A stretch of 64,000 nt of DNA from Hydrurus foetidus (taxonomy: Eukaryota): contig UYFQ01000600.1 of NCBI GenBank assembly GCA_900617105.1, positions 186,001-250,000 of the forward strand, written 5' to 3'. Position 1 is the first letter of the stretch. Each line of letters opens with the position of its first letter. Shown here in pieces: positions 43,912 to 55,369 of this stretch. The position numbers were made by a program, and so were the translations under genes. A model generated the notes under the pieces. That model did not search any database. It was given only the letters and a program-made list of their open reading frames with translations, and was not told the origin of the DNA.

Positions 43912-44229
43912 TCAGGCGGCCTTGGCCGAGGCGTTGCAGCGCGCCAGGTCTTCGGCGTCCAGCGACTTTGTCTCGCCGCCGAAGGCCGAAACGCGGCCGA
44001 CTTCCTTGGCCAGGGCCTTGCAGGACGCGGCCGTGATGGCGCGCGAGGGGGCCGAGGTCGCGACGCATTCAGCGCCGTCGCAGACAAACACCGCGCCGCC
44101 GGCGACGATCTTGGACTTGGCGGCGACCGGGGCTTCCAGAGCGGCGGCGACGCGGCCATCGGCCAGGGCGGCGCCAGCAAACATGGAAACGGACAGAGCG
44201 GCGACAGCCGCAAGGGTACGGAGCTTCAT
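43912..44229 (-). CDS. Small secreted Cys-containing protein (CC_3452-like)
   Basis: Signal peptide; FVCDGAEC, CKALAKEVGRVSAF, LARCNA; GGAG RBS. Confidence 0.75.
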   Translation of the reverse strand: MKLRTLAAVAALSVSMFAGAALADGRVAAALEAPVAAKSKIVAGGAVFVCDGAECVATSAPSRAITAASCKALAKEVGRVSAFGGETKSLDAEDLARCNASAKAA

Positions 44230-44498
44230 AGGAGCCCTCCAACGTTCAGGGGAGTTGTGTGAAGATCGATGATCGGCGAAAGCGTACTGGTCGTTCAGGC
44301 TTTGGGGACGCAAGCATCGGTATCCCCACCGACGCGACAAAGCTGAACTAAGCACTGCTTAGATATCAGTGATAAGCGATTGTGCAAGCGGAATTTAATT
44401 CGCATGAGCAATTTGTAATGAAGCCCGGCGGATTTCAGAATCGACCAGCGCGCCCCGACGGGCGGGCGGCGCCGGCCTCTCCCGGGTTGGCGGCCGGG

Positions 44499-44924
44499 CT
44501 ACAGGCCCAGGATTGAGTCGATCCGGCTCTCGGCCTTGGCGTGGATCTGCCGGTCTTCCACCATGCCCTCGAGCCGCGCATAGCGCCCGTTCTTGCCGAC
44601 CTTGCGACGCAGCTGGTCGGCGGTCAGGAGGACAGGCGAACCCGCCGGGTCGGAGAAGCTGCCCATGAGGGCCGACAGCAGCGCGCCGATAAAGGCCGCC
44701 GCAACCGGTCCGGCCGCACCGTTGACGCCCTCGCCGAACACGGCCTCAAGGCGGGCGATCAGCAATTCGCGGTTGGGCTGGTCGTCCAGCATGCCGATCA
44801 GCATCAGCACGCCGCCCTCGATGGCGACGGCCAGCACCACGGCCACCAGCACGCCCAGCAGTCGGGGCCGGACGAAAAGTCCGAGCGCCGCGCCGATGAT
44901 CGCTGCTGTGGCGATGGTGAACAT
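44499..44924 (-). CDS. Hypothetical membrane protein
   Basis: Three hydrophobic segments and a charged C-terminal tail. Confidence 0.7.
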   Translation of the reverse strand: MFTIATAAIIGAALGLFVRPRLLGVLVAVVLAVAIEGGVLMLIGMLDDQPNRELLIARLEAVFGEGVNGAAGPVAAAFIGALLSALMGSFSDPAGSPVLLTADQLRRKVGKNGRYARLEGMVEDRQIHAKAESRIDSILGL

Positions 44925-44947
44925 GCGACCAGCCTAGCGGGGGTTGG

Positions 44948-44962
44948 TCAAAAGCCCGTTAA
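44948..44962 (-). promoter_or_regulatory. CtrA-like box
   Basis: Minus strand TTAA-CGGGCTT-TTGA, one mismatch to TTAA-N7-TTAA, 24 nt before the 44924 ATG. Confidence 0.5.
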
Positions 44963-45057
44963 GAACGCCGATATTCCCAAGCGGCAGGCTTGGCTGCAAC
45001 CAGACGCCGCGCATACTCGCCGGCAAGACAAAGAAAACACTGCAGGGAGGCTAGGCC

Positions 45058-46359
45058 ATGGACTTCACCCTACCGCCGGAACTGACCGCCTATCTGGCTG
45101 TGCTCGACCGGTTCATCGAGGACGAGATCGCGCCCTTGCAGGCTCGCGACGACAACGAGCGCTTCTTCGACCACCGCCGCGAATGGGCCCGCACCGACTG
45201 GGACGGCGGCGGCCTGCCCCGTCACGAGTGGGAAGAGCTGCTGGCCAAGGCCCGCAAGCTGGCCGACGCGGCCGGCCACTATCGCTTCGCCCTGCCCCGC
45301 GAATTCGGCGGCCAGGACGGCTCCAACCTCTGGATGGCGGTGATCCGCGAACATCTGGCCAGCAAGGGCCTGGGCCTGTTCAACGACCTGCAGAACGAGC
45401 ACTCGATCGTCGGCAATAATCCCTTCGTGCTGATGATCCGCGATTTTGGCCGGCCCGATCAGCAGCACCTGATCACCGACATGCTGGACAAGGGGGCCTT
45501 CCGTCCGACCTTCGGCCTGACCGAGCCCGAGCATGGCTCGGACGCCACCTTCATGGAGACCCGCGCGGTGCGCGAGGTTCACAAGGGCGAGGCCGGCTGG
45601 CGGATCAATGGCGAGAAGATGTGGACCACCGGCATGCACGCCGCCACCCACTGCTGCCTGTTCGCCCGCACCTCCGGCGAGGATGGCGAGGCCAAGGGGA
45701 TCACGGCCTTCCTGGTGCCCGCCCATGCCCCCGGCGTGAAGATCGAGGAATATCTCTGGACCTTCAACATGCCCACCGACCATCCGCGGGTCAGCTTCAC
45801 CCAGGTGTGGGTCCCCGACAGCGCGATGTTCGGACCCGAGGGCGGCGGCCTGGCCCTGGCCCAGCACTTCGTGCACGAGAACCGCATCCGCCAGGCGGCC
45901 TCCAGCCTGGGCGCGGCGACCTTCTGCATAGAAGAGAGCGTCAAATACGCCCGCGTCCGCAAACCCTTCGGCAAGCCCCTGGCCGAGAACCAGGCCATCC
46001 AGTTCCCGCTGGTGGAACTGGCCAGCACCGCCGAGATGCTGCGCCTGCTGATCCGCAAGACCGCTTGGGAGATGGACCAGATGACCAAGCCGGAGGTGGA
46101 AAAGCGCCTCTCCGACAAGGTCTCGATGTGTAACTACCAGGCCAACCGCCTGGTCTGCGAGGCCGCCGACCGGGCCATGCAGGTGCATGGCGGCATCGGC
46201 TATTCGCGCCACAAGCCGTTCGAGCACATCTATCGCCACCACCGCCGCTACCGGATCACCGAGGGGTCCGAGGAGATCCAGATCCGCAAGGTGGCGGCCT
46301 GGCTGTTCGGCTATCTGGGTCCCCGACGCAAAACCTTCGCGGAAATGGAGAAGGTTTAA
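45058..46359 (+). CDS. Acyl-CoA dehydrogenase family protein
   Basis: FGLTEPEHGSDA, INGEKMW, AMQVHGGIGY, RITEGSEEIQ. Confidence 0.93.
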   Translation: MDFTLPPELTAYLAVLDRFIEDEIAPLQARDDNERFFDHRREWARTDWDGGGLPRHEWEELLAKARKLADAAGHYRFALPREFGGQDGSNLWMAVIREHLASKGLGLFNDLQNEHSIVGNNPFVLMIRDFGRPDQQHLITDMLDKGAFRPTFGLTEPEHGSDATFMETRAVREVHKGEAGWRINGEKMWTTGMHAATHCCLFARTSGEDGEAKGITAFLVPAHAPGVKIEEYLWTFNMPTDHPRVSFTQVWVPDSAMFGPEGGGLALAQHFVHENRIRQAASSLGAATFCIEESVKYARVRKPFGKPLAENQAIQFPLVELASTAEMLRLLIRKTAWEMDQMTKPEVEKRLSDKVSMCNYQANRLVCEAADRAMQVHGGIGYSRHKPFEHIYRHHRRYRITEGSEEIQIRKVAAWLFGYLGPRRKTFAEMEKV

Positions 46360-46440
46360 TCCCGGCCGACCTGACGCAGATCAACGGACGCGCTATCTAA
46401 CGAGGGTATGCGAGCCGTGATGCTCGTATTGGAGGGCTGA

Positions 46441-47085
46441 ATGAACCGTTTCGCCAAATCTTTCTCGCGCCTGGCGCTGGTCGCCGTGCTCGCCGCCGGC
46501 CTGGCCGGCTGCGGGATCAACACCATCCCCACCCAGGACGAGGCCACCAAGACGGCCTGGGCCGAGGTGCAGAACCAGTATCAGCGCCGCGCCGACCTGG
46601 TGCCCAACCTCGTGGCCACCGTGAAGGGCTACGCGGCCCAGGAAAAGGGCGTGCTGGTCGAGGTCACCGAGGCCCGCGCCAGCGCCACCCAGGTGAAGGT
46701 CGACGCCTCGACCATCACCGACCCGGCCACCTTCGAAAAATACGCCGCCGCCCAGGACAAGCTGTCGGGCGTGCTGGGTAGGCTGATGATGATTCAGGAA
46801 AACTATCCCGACCTGAAGTCGAACCAGAACTTCATGGCCCTGCAAAGCCAGCTGGAAGGCACGGAAAACCGCATCACCATCGCCCGGCGCGACTACAACC
46901 AGACGGCCCAGAAATACAACACGACGCTGCGGACCTTCCCCAGCATCATCTGGGCCAAGACGATGTACTCCAGCCAGAAGCCGGCCGTGCTGTTCCAGGC
47001 CACGGCCGCGGCGCAGTCGGCCCCGACGGTCAGCTTCGACGCCGCCCCGCCGGCCTCGGCTCCGGCTCCGGCTCCGGCCCAGTAA
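46441..47085 (+). CDS. lemA: LemA family lipoprotein
   Basis: LAGC lipobox, QYQRRADLVPNLV, ENYPDLKS, LEGTENRI. Confidence 0.93.
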   Translation: MNRFAKSFSRLALVAVLAAGLAGCGINTIPTQDEATKTAWAEVQNQYQRRADLVPNLVATVKGYAAQEKGVLVEVTEARASATQVKVDASTITDPATFEKYAAAQDKLSGVLGRLMMIQENYPDLKSNQNFMALQSQLEGTENRITIARRDYNQTAQKYNTTLRTFPSIIWAKTMYSSQKPAVLFQATAAAQSAPTVSFDAAPPASAPAPAPAQ

Positions 47086-47903
47086 GTGAACACCCTCTCT
47101 CTCCTCCCCCGCGCGCGGGGGAGGGGTTGGGCGGCGGCCGTGCTGGCCATGCTCTGCCTCTCCCTGGCCCTTCCCGCCTTCGCCGCGCCGAAGTTCCCGC
47201 CGCTGAGCGGCCGGGTGGTCGACGAGGCCAATATCCTCTCGCCCCAGGTCGAGAGCGAGCTGACGGGCAAGCTGAAGGCGCTGGAAGACTCCACCGGCCG
47301 CCAGCTGGTGGTGGCCACCGTGCCCAGCCTGCAGGGCTACGAGATCGAGGACTATGGCTACCAGCTGGGCCGCACCTGGGGCCTTGGCGACAAGGACCGG
47401 GATGACGGCGTCATCCTGCTGGTCGCGCCCACCGAGAAGAAGGTGCGCATCGAGGTCGGCTATGGCCTGGAGCCGGTGCTGACCGACGCCCTGTCCAGCG
47501 TCATCATCCAGAGCGCCATCATTCCGAAATTCAAGGCCGGCGACCTGCCGGGCGGCGTCGTGGCCGGGGCCGATGAGCTGCTGACGCAGTTGTCCCTGCC
47601 CGACGACGAGGCCCGGGCCAAGGTCGCCCAGGCGGCCAAGCCCCAACCCTCAAGCTCCGGCTCGGGCTTTCCCCGATCGCGGCGCTGCTGATCGGCCTGT
47701 TCGTGTTCTTCCTGATCACCCGCCTGCTGCCGGGACGGCGCGGACGGCGCGGCGGTCTGGGCTCGGCCCTGCCCTGGATCATCCTCAACGCCCTGACCAG
47801 CGGCGGCGGCGGTCGCGGCGGCGGGGGCAGCTTTGGCGGCGGCGGCGGGTTCTCCGGCGGCGGCGGCTCGTTCGGCGGCGGCGGAAGTTCGGGGAGCTGG
47901 TAA
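47086..47903 (+). CDS. TPM domain protein with Gly-rich tail (frameshift near 47670)
   Basis: [40 protein letters not shown]. Confidence 0.9.
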
Positions 47904-48600
47904 TGCGCAAGATGACTCCCCAGGACCAGGCCCGCATCGCCGACGCCGTGGCGGCGGCCGAAAAGACCACCGCCGGCGAGATCTTCTGCGTGCTGGCGCC
48001 CGAGGTTTCCGACTATCGCGAGACGCCGCTGGTCTGGGCGGCGGCCGCGGCCCTGATCCTGCCGGCCGGCGGGCTGCTGGCCGGGCTGCGGCCAGAGATG
48101 CTGACGACCCTGTTCGGCGGCTGGACCGTCGGCCACGCCTCGGCCACCGACACGGCCATCCTGTCGGCCCTGTCGATCTATATCGGCCTGCAGGCGGCGA
48201 TCTTCATCGTCTGCGCCCTGCTGGTCTCGATCCCGCCGATCCGCCGCGCCCTGACGCCCGGCGCGCTGAAGACGGCGGCGGTCAAGCGGGCGGCCATGGA
48301 GCAGTTCATGAGCCACGGCCTGCACCTGACCCGCGACCGCACCGGCGTGCTGATCTTCGCCGCCCTGGCCGAGCACCGCGTCGAGGTCATCGCCGACGAG
48401 GGCATCTACAAGGCCGCGCCCAATGCGGTCTGGGACGCGGTGGTCGCCGATCTCGTGGCCGGCATGAAACGCGGAAAGATCGCCGACGGCTTCGTCGCCG
48501 CCGTCACCCGGGTGGGCGAGATCCTGTCCAGCCACGTGCCCGTGCGCGAAGCCGACACCAATGAACTGCCCAACGGCCTGACCATCCTGCCGAAAAATGA
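47903..48600 (+). CDS. TPM domain membrane protein (stop probably shifted by an indel)
   Basis: [30 protein letters not shown]. Confidence 0.85.
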
Positions 48601-48820
48601 TGGCGCTGCTGCTCCCCGTCCCTGGTCTCAATCGCCGTCGCCCTGCTTGGCGGGCTGTGATGTGGCTTTGGAACGGATCTTCGGCCCTCCGCCCGGTCCA
48701 TCCGCCGATCCGGTCAGTCGGGCCCGGTGACTGGATGGACGCCGGCTCCGGAGGCCGGGCTGGGCGGCGACGTGTCCGGTGACGGCGGTTCGTTCGGCGG
48801 CGGCGGCTCGCCACTGGTAG
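48597..48820 (+). CDS. Possible small membrane protein with GGSFGGGG tail (frameshifted)
   Basis: MMALLLPV hydrophobic start; ends [14 protein letters not shown] near TAG 48820. Confidence 0.4.
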
Positions 48821-48908
48821 GGCAGGCCGCGCCATGTCGGGCCTAGCGTCGCCCGAGCGCGTGATCGATACTGCTGGCAGAGCGCATAAGCGCCGCATCG
48901 GAGGAAAC

Positions 48909-49340
48909 ATGTCCAGCATCGATCCAACCCGCGAGCAGTTCGACGCCTTCAAGGGCCTGCCGCGCGATACGCCGATCCAGATGCTCAACCTGGTGCGGCT
49001 CAAGGCCATGGCCGACTATCCGGTCGATCATCCCGAGCACGGCAAGGGCCGGTCGGGCCTGGAGGCCTATCGCGCCTATGGCCGCGAGACCGCCGCCCTG
49101 TTCGCGAAACTGGGCGGCAAGCAGATCTGGGCGGGCAAGCCGGAGCTGGTGCTGACCGGACCGACCGACGAGCGCTGGGACCTGGCCTTCATCGCGCAAT
49201 ATCCCAATGCCGGGGCCTTCTTCGCCATGGTCACCGATCCGGACTACCGCGAACACGTCAAGCACCGGCAGGCGGCGGTCGAGGACTCGCGGCTGATCCG
49301 GCTGTCGCCGATGACGCCGGGCGAGGGGTTCGGCGAGTAG
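48909..49340 (+). CDS. DUF1330 domain protein
   Basis: IDPTREQF, PIQMLNL, AYRAYG, RQAAVEDSRLI; GGAGG RBS. Confidence 0.85.
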   Translation: MSSIDPTREQFDAFKGLPRDTPIQMLNLVRLKAMADYPVDHPEHGKGRSGLEAYRAYGRETAALFAKLGGKQIWAGKPELVLTGPTDERWDLAFIAQYPNAGAFFAMVTDPDYREHVKHRQAAVEDSRLIRLSPMTPGEGFGE

Positions 49341-49341
49341 G

Positions 49342-51088
49342 CTACTCCGCCGCCAGGGCCATCGGCGCGGACTTGGCCCCGCGCACCAGCCGTCCCGGCA
49401 GGGCGCCGGTCGGCTCGCCGTCGCGATAGGTCACCACCCCGCCGACGATCGTGGCCACATAGCCGTGGGCCTTCTGGGTCAGCCGCCGACCGCCGGCCGG
49501 CAGGTCGTAGGCGACGCGCGGCGCCTCCAGGCTCAGGGCCTCATAGTCGATGACATTGAGATCGGCCCGATAGCCCGGCGCGATCAGGCCGCGATCCAGC
49601 AGACCCAAGGCCTGGGCGGTGTCGCGGGTCTGCATCGCCACCATGGTCTCCAGCGCGATGCGCGGGCCGCGCGTGCGGTCGCGGGTCCAGTGGATCAGGT
49701 TGCTGGTCGGGAAGCTGCCGTCGCAGATCATGCCCACATGCGCCCCGCCGTCCGACAGGCCCGGTACGGTGTCCCGGTGGTTCAGCATGGCGAAGCTGGG
49801 GTCCAGCGAGCCGCCCGCATAGTTCAGGAACGGGTTGTAGAGCATGCCGCGCCCGCCGTTCTCGAGCATGGCGTCCAGCGCCACCTCGGCCGGATCGCGT
49901 CCCGAGGCCGCGGCGCGGGCGGCCACGGTCATGTCGGCGGTCGGCTCGTAGTCCGGATGCTCGCTCATCGGGTAGAGATTGTCCCAGGCCCGCAAGGCTC
50001 TGATCGTGAACGGCCCGGCTGCCTCGCCGTCATAGGCCAGCAGGCGGGCGCGGAAGTCGGGATCGGACAGAGCCGCGACCTTGTCGGCCAGCGGCGCCTT
50101 GGCAATCTCGCCGAAGACCGGGTTCTGGCTGAAGGGGTTGAGGGTCAGCTCCAGGCCAAACAATACGCCCACGGGGCGGCCGCAGACCTGGGCCTTCATC
50201 GGCAGGCCGGCGTCCACGGCGGCGCTCAACCCCGCCAGCATCGCCTTCCAGCCGTTCGGCGAATGCGGGCTCTGGACCAGCGAGAACGACAGCGGCCGGC
50301 CTGAGGCCTCGACGATCCGGCGGACCATGGCCAGCTCGGCCAGGCCGTCTGGGTGGAAGTCCGAGACCAGCTGCAGCACGCCCTTGCCGGCGGCGGCCAG
50401 GCCCATGGCGATGCCGGTCAGCTCATCCTCGCCCGCCGTCAGGGTCGGGGTCGGCTGGCCGTCGCTGGTGCGGTGATTGAGAGTGCGCGAGGTGGAAAAG
50501 CCCAGGGCCCCGGCCTCGACCGCCCGCTTGGCGATGGCGGCCATGGCGGCGATGTCGGCGGGCTTCGCCGGTTCGCGATTGGCCCCGCGCTCGCCCATCA
50601 CGATACACCCGCAGCGCCGCGTGCGGCAGCTGGGCGCCGATATCGACGTCGAAGGCCCGCGCCTCCAGCGCGTCGAGATAGTCGGGAAAGCTCTCCCAAT
50701 TCCAGGGCAGCCCCTCGGTCAGCACCGGGAAGGGAATATCCTCCACCCCCTCCATCAGGCGGATCAGCCGGTCGCGATCCTCCGGCCGGCAGGGCGCGAA
50801 GCCGACGCCGCAATTGCCCATCACCACCGTGGTCACGCCATGGCCCGAGCTGGGCGTCATGCGCGAGTCCCAGGTCGCCTGGCCGTCATAGTGGGTGTGG
50901 ATGTCGACAAAGCCGGGGGTGACGATGCGGCCGCGCGCGTCGATCTCTTCGGCGCCCGCCGCCAGATCCGGGCCGACGGCGACGATCACGCCATCCTTGA
51001 CCGCGACGTCGGCGAAGACGGCCGGCGCGCCGGTCCCGTCGACAACCTGACCACCGCGCAGCACAAGATCATAAAGCCGACCCGGCAT
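49342..51088 (-). CDS. N-acyl-D-amino-acid deacylase family amidohydrolase (frameshift near 50600)
   Basis: [43 protein letters not shown]. Confidence 0.9.
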
Positions 51089-51224
51089 CCTGGCCTCCCG
51101 CCTCTATCTCTGGCGGCAAGCGTCCGTTGGGTGGCGGCCCCGGTCAAGGCTTCCGCCCCGGAAAGCAGAACGGGGCGACCAACCTGGCCGCCCCGCACCG
51201 CCGATCCCGAAGGGTCGAGGCAGA

Positions 51225-53606
51225 CTAGAAGCTACGCCGCACCGTCACGCCCATCGTGCGCGGCTGGCCGACCGTGTAGCCCAGACGCGCCCGGCCGCCG
51301 CGTTCACGGTCGAACGACAGCAGCGGGTTCTCGTCGAACACGTTGTTGGCGTAGGCGATCAGGTCGACGCCGTTGTCCATCTCCAGCCCGATGCTGAAAT
51401 TGACGATCTCGTAGCTGGGCAGCTGCAGATTGACGAGCGTCGGCACGGTTCCGGTGGCCCCGCCGAACGCCAGGCGCGAAGTGAAGGAGCGCGGATTGTT
51501 CTCCTGGTCGCTGGCCTGGGTATAGCGGTTGCCGATGTGCTGCACCGAGGCGGTGACATAGGCTTCCATGCCCGAGCGGACGGTCCACGAATAGGTGGCG
51601 TCGGCCGAGATCTGGAACTTGGGCACCGACGGCAGGCGGTTGCCCTCGCGGATGCCGCCCAGCACCGCGCCCGTCCCGTCCTTCACGGTCGAGTCGAACT
51701 CGGCTTCCAGCAGGCTGCCCGAGATGCCGATGTCGAAGCCCGGCGCCAGACGCGCCGAGAACTCGGCCTCGATGCCCTTGGTGTGGGCCTTGGGCACGTT
51801 GAACACCACGCGCGAGGAGCACGAGCCGGCGTCCAGGGTCGTCTGCAGGTTCTTGATGTCGGTATAGAAGACGGCACTGTTGAAGCTGATCCCGCCGAAG
51901 CGCGACTTCACGCCGGCCTCATAGTTCCACAGCGTCTCGTCGTCATACGACTGGAAGCCGCCGAAGATGGCCTTGTCCTGTGGCGAGCAAAGCGGCAGGT
52001 TCAGCGGGTCGTTGACGCCGCCGAGCCGGAAGCCCTGGGCCGCCTGGGCGTTGAAGGTGACCTTGTCGCTGGCCTCATAGGCCACCAGGACGCGCGGGGT
52101 GAAGCCGTCGGACGAGGTCTTGTCGGTCTGGTTGTCGCCGTTGGCGAACAGGCCGCCCGACTTGAACTGGCGGGTTTCCTTGAAGTCGTAGAAGCGGCCG
52201 CCGGCCGTGACGGTCAGCTTGTCCAGCTTGTAGCTGGCCTCGCCGAACAGGGCCTTCTGCTTGATGTTGTAGGGCAGGGACGCGTTGTAGGGCGAGTTGC
52301 GCGGGAAGCCGTTGGCCACCGCCGCCGAGGTGCCGGCGCCCAGGGTGGCGTCGGTATAGGCGTCATAGCCCGGGGTGGGCAGGCGCTGGTCATAGATGCG
52401 GTCGACCTCGGAATAGAAGCCGCCGAACACCCACTGGAACGGGCCATCGCCGGTCGAACCCAGGCGCAGTTCCTGGGTGAATTGCTCGAGGTCAGTGGTG
52501 TCGACCAGCTTGGACGGCAGCAGCACGGCCGCCGACGGATAGCCCAGATCTACCGAGACGCTGCCCGTCAGGGCGCTGGCGTCGCGGTCGATATGGATCT
52601 TGCGATCGACATAGCTGGTCACCGAGGTCAGCTCGACGGCGCCCAGGCCGATCGAGGCGGTCAGGTCGGTCAGCAGGGTGTCGTCAGCGAAGCTTTCATC
52701 CAGCAGCAGGTGCTGTTCACGCTCGCCCAGTCGCACCGGCGTGCGGCTGGTGGTGTTGGGGTTGGCGAACAGGTTGAAGGCTTCCTGGCGGTTGAAGCCG
52801 TTGGCGCGGATCTCCTGATAGACGACGCGCGGCGTGATGCTGATGTTCTCGGTCGGTTGCAGCAGCACCGACACGCGGCCGCCGGTGCGGCTGCCGTCAT
52901 TGACGTTCTTCTTGCGACCGCCGCCCTCGATGCGGGCGTCGATGAAGCCGGCATACTTCGTATAATAGCCCACCGCGCGCACGGCGACCTTGTCGGAGAC
53001 CGGCAGATTGACCGCGCCCTTGACGTAGCCGCCGGTGTCGTCGCCATCGACCATGTTGGCGTTGGCCTCGACCACGCCGGAGAAGGCGCCGATCTTGGGC
53101 TGGTTGGTGATGTAGCGGATGGTGCCGCCCACCGACCCCGAGCCGAACAGCGTGCCCTGCGGGCCACGCAGGGTTTCCACCCGGTTCAGGTCAAAGAGGT
53201 CGATGTCGGGGGTGAACAGCGACAGCGAGATCACCGACTCGTCGAGATAGACCCCGACCTGTTCCTTGACGCCCGGCTGGTCGCGCACGACCTGGCCGGC
53301 CGAAACGCCGCGCACCGAGACCTGGCTCTGGCCGGGGCCGAGGTTCTGGATCGTCAGGCTGGCGACATTGCGCGACAGGTCTTCCAGGGTGACCGCGCCG
53401 GAGCGCTGGATGTCCTGCTGGGTCTGGGCGTTGATCGAGAACGGCACATCCAGAATGGTCGAGTCACGCTTGGTGGCGGTGACGATGATTTCCTCGACGG
53501 TGGAGTCCTGGGCCGCAGCCAGGGTGGGCAGGGCCACAAGGCCGGCCAGGGCGGTGGCGGCCAGCAGCGCATGGCGCGTGCGGGGGCGCCGGTTCGTAGA
53601 GCTCAT
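51225..53606 (-). CDS. TonB-dependent receptor
   Basis: Signal peptide, EEIIVTA TonB box, VETLRGPQGTLFG plug motif, terminal Phe. Confidence 0.95.
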   Translation of the reverse strand: MSSTNRRPRTRHALLAATALAGLVALPTLAAAQDSTVEEIIVTATKRDSTILDVPFSINAQTQQDIQRSGAVTLEDLSRNVASLTIQNLGPGQSQVSVRGVSAGQVVRDQPGVKEQVGVYLDESVISLSLFTPDIDLFDLNRVETLRGPQGTLFGSGSVGGTIRYITNQPKIGAFSGVVEANANMVDGDDTGGYVKGAVNLPVSDKVAVRAVGYYTKYAGFIDARIEGGGRKKNVNDGSRTGGRVSVLLQPTENISITPRVVYQEIRANGFNRQEAFNLFANPNTTSRTPVRLGEREQHLLLDESFADDTLLTDLTASIGLGAVELTSVTSYVDRKIHIDRDASALTGSVSVDLGYPSAAVLLPSKLVDTTDLEQFTQELRLGSTGDGPFQWVFGGFYSEVDRIYDQRLPTPGYDAYTDATLGAGTSAAVANGFPRNSPYNASLPYNIKQKALFGEASYKLDKLTVTAGGRFYDFKETRQFKSGGLFANGDNQTDKTSSDGFTPRVLVAYEASDKVTFNAQAAQGFRLGGVNDPLNLPLCSPQDKAIFGGFQSYDDETLWNYEAGVKSRFGGISFNSAVFYTDIKNLQTTLDAGSCSSRVVFNVPKAHTKGIEAEFSARLAPGFDIGISGSLLEAEFDSTVKDGTGAVLGGIREGNRLPSVPKFQISADATYSWTVRSGMEAYVTASVQHIGNRYTQASDQENNPRSFTSRLAFGGATGTVPTLVNLQLPSYEIVNFSIGLEMDNGVDLIAYANNVFDENPLLSFDRERGGRARLGYTVGQPRTMGVTVRRSF

Positions 53607-53937
53607 GTGTAGTCCTCCCAGATGTTTTTCGCGGTCTCTGGGCCAGGCCCGGCCGCAACCTGAGGGTTCATGTTCAGGTCAATCAAAGTCAACGCCCATT
53701 CAGGACGTGCTCGGACGAGTCTCCCGCCTTGTGTCCCGGCTGGCGCACATCCGCAGCATGGAGGCATGGACCGGGCCCGGGACGGTAAAATCAGGGTCAA
53801 GGATTGCGCAGCAAAGCCAAGACACCGGTGTCCTGCCCCGTCCGACGGCGCAGGCCGCCCGCGCCGGCCGGGCCAATGCCGCTTTACGTGCGCGTGACCT
53901 TTCGCCAGCGGGATTCCGAGTCTAGGGTGGCCGCCAA

Positions 53938-53954
53938 TTCAAACTAACGTTTAA
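53938..53954 (+). promoter_or_regulatory. PsrA/FadR-type (TetR family) operator
   Basis: TTCAAAC-TAAC-GTTTAA palindrome just before the thiolase RBS. Confidence 0.55.
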
Positions 53955-53970
53955 CGGGGAGAAGCGCCCA

Positions 53971-55158
53971 ATGCGCGAAGCGGTCATCGTCTCTTACGCC
54001 CGCACCGGTCTGGCCAAGTCAGTCCGCGGTGGTTTCAACAACACGCACGGCGCGGCCATGGCCGGTCACGCCATCCAGCACGCCGTGTCGCGCGCCGGCC
54101 TCGACGGCGGCGAAGTGGAAGACGTGGCCCTGGGCTGCGGCGGTCCTGAAGGCGCCACCGGCATGAACGTGGCGCGCAACGCCGCCATGTGGGCCGGTCT
54201 GCCGGTCACCGTTTCGGGCCAGACCATCAATCGCTTCTGCTCGTCGGGCCTGCAGGCCATCGCCACGGCGGCCAACTATGTGCGCAACGACGGCGCCGAT
54301 GTCGCCATCGGCGGCGGCGTCGAGTCGATCTCGCTGGTCAATGCGGGCGGTCACATGAACCGCCACCACATCACCGAAGAAAAGCTGATGAAGACCCATC
54401 CGGCCCTGTGGATGGCGATGATCGACACCGCCGACATCGTGGCCAAGCGCTACAATATCAGTCGCGAATACCAGGACGAATACGCCCTGCGCAGCCAGCA
54501 GCGCATCGCCGCCGCCCAGGCCGCCGGCCTGTTCAAGGACGAGATCGTGCCGATGGCCACCAAGATGAAGGTGGTCAACAAGGAAACCAAGGAAGAGAGC
54601 TTCGTCGACTACGTGGTCGACAAGGACGAGTGCAACCGCGCTGACACCACCCTGGAAGGCCTGAGCAGCCTCAAGCCCGTGATGGGCGAAGGCAAGTTCG
54701 TCACCGCCGGCAACGCCAGCCAGCTGTCGGACGGCGCCGCCGCCGTGGTGGTGATGGAAGCCGCCGAGGCCGCCCGTCGCGGCCTGACCCCGCTGGGCGC
54801 CTTCCGCGGCTTCGCCGTCGCCGGTTGCGAGCCCGACGAGATGGGCATCGGCCCGGTCTATGCCGTGCCGCGCCTGCTGGCGCGCCACGGCCTGAAGGTC
54901 GATGACATCGACCTGTGGGAACTGAACGAAGCCTTCGCCAGCCAGTGCCTCTACAGCCGCGACAAGCTGGGCATCGATCCGGAGAAGTACAACGTCAACG
55001 GCGGCTCGATCGCCATCGGCCACCCCTTCGGCATGACCGGCGCCCGCTGCGCCGGCCACCTGCTGCTGGAAGGCAAGCGTCGCGGCGCCAAGCTGGGCGT
55101 GGTGACCATGTGCATCGGCGGCGGCATGGGTGCCGCTGGCCTGTTCGAAATCTTCTAG
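53971..55158 (+). CDS. Acetyl-CoA C-acyltransferase (thiolase)
   Basis: [25 protein letters not shown]. Confidence 0.95.
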   Translation: MREAVIVSYARTGLAKSVRGGFNNTHGAAMAGHAIQHAVSRAGLDGGEVEDVALGCGGPEGATGMNVARNAAMWAGLPVTVSGQTINRFCSSGLQAIATAANYVRNDGADVAIGGGVESISLVNAGGHMNRHHITEEKLMKTHPALWMAMIDTADIVAKRYNISREYQDEYALRSQQRIAAAQAAGLFKDEIVPMATKMKVVNKETKEESFVDYVVDKDECNRADTTLEGLSSLKPVMGEGKFVTAGNASQLSDGAAAVVVMEAAEAARRGLTPLGAFRGFAVAGCEPDEMGIGPVYAVPRLLARHGLKVDDIDLWELNEAFASQCLYSRDKLGIDPEKYNVNGGSIAIGHPFGMTGARCAGHLLLEGKRRGAKLGVVTMCIGGGMGAAGLFEIF

Positions 55159-55208
55159 CCTGAAATGAGCCCTCCTCCTTGATGGGGGAGGAAGAAGAGA
55201 GTTTAGTG

Positions 55209-55243
55209 GGGCCGGAAACCTTCAATCGGGTTTCCGGCCCTTT
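55209..55243 (+). terminator. Rho-independent terminator after thiolase
   Basis: GGGCCGGAAACC / GGTTTCCGGCCC stem followed by TTT. Confidence 0.75.
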
Positions 55244-55369
55244 CTGCATCCTGACGGGACGTTCGGCATTCTTTTGCGGGCGCCACTTGAACCCCGGCCT
55301 TTGGCAACCATCTGTGTTGCCGAAGGCGCATCCCGCGATTGCCGCGTGACGCCAGACCAGAGACCCGCC

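Noticed and set aside
53666..53680. Possible LexA box (GTTC-N7-GGTC) upstream of the TonB receptor
   Set aside because: Mismatch in a conserved half-site and no supporting DNA-repair context
55170..55192. CCCTCCTCC...GGGGGAGG hairpin as a full repeat element
   Set aside because: Only one degenerate half-arm with no partner
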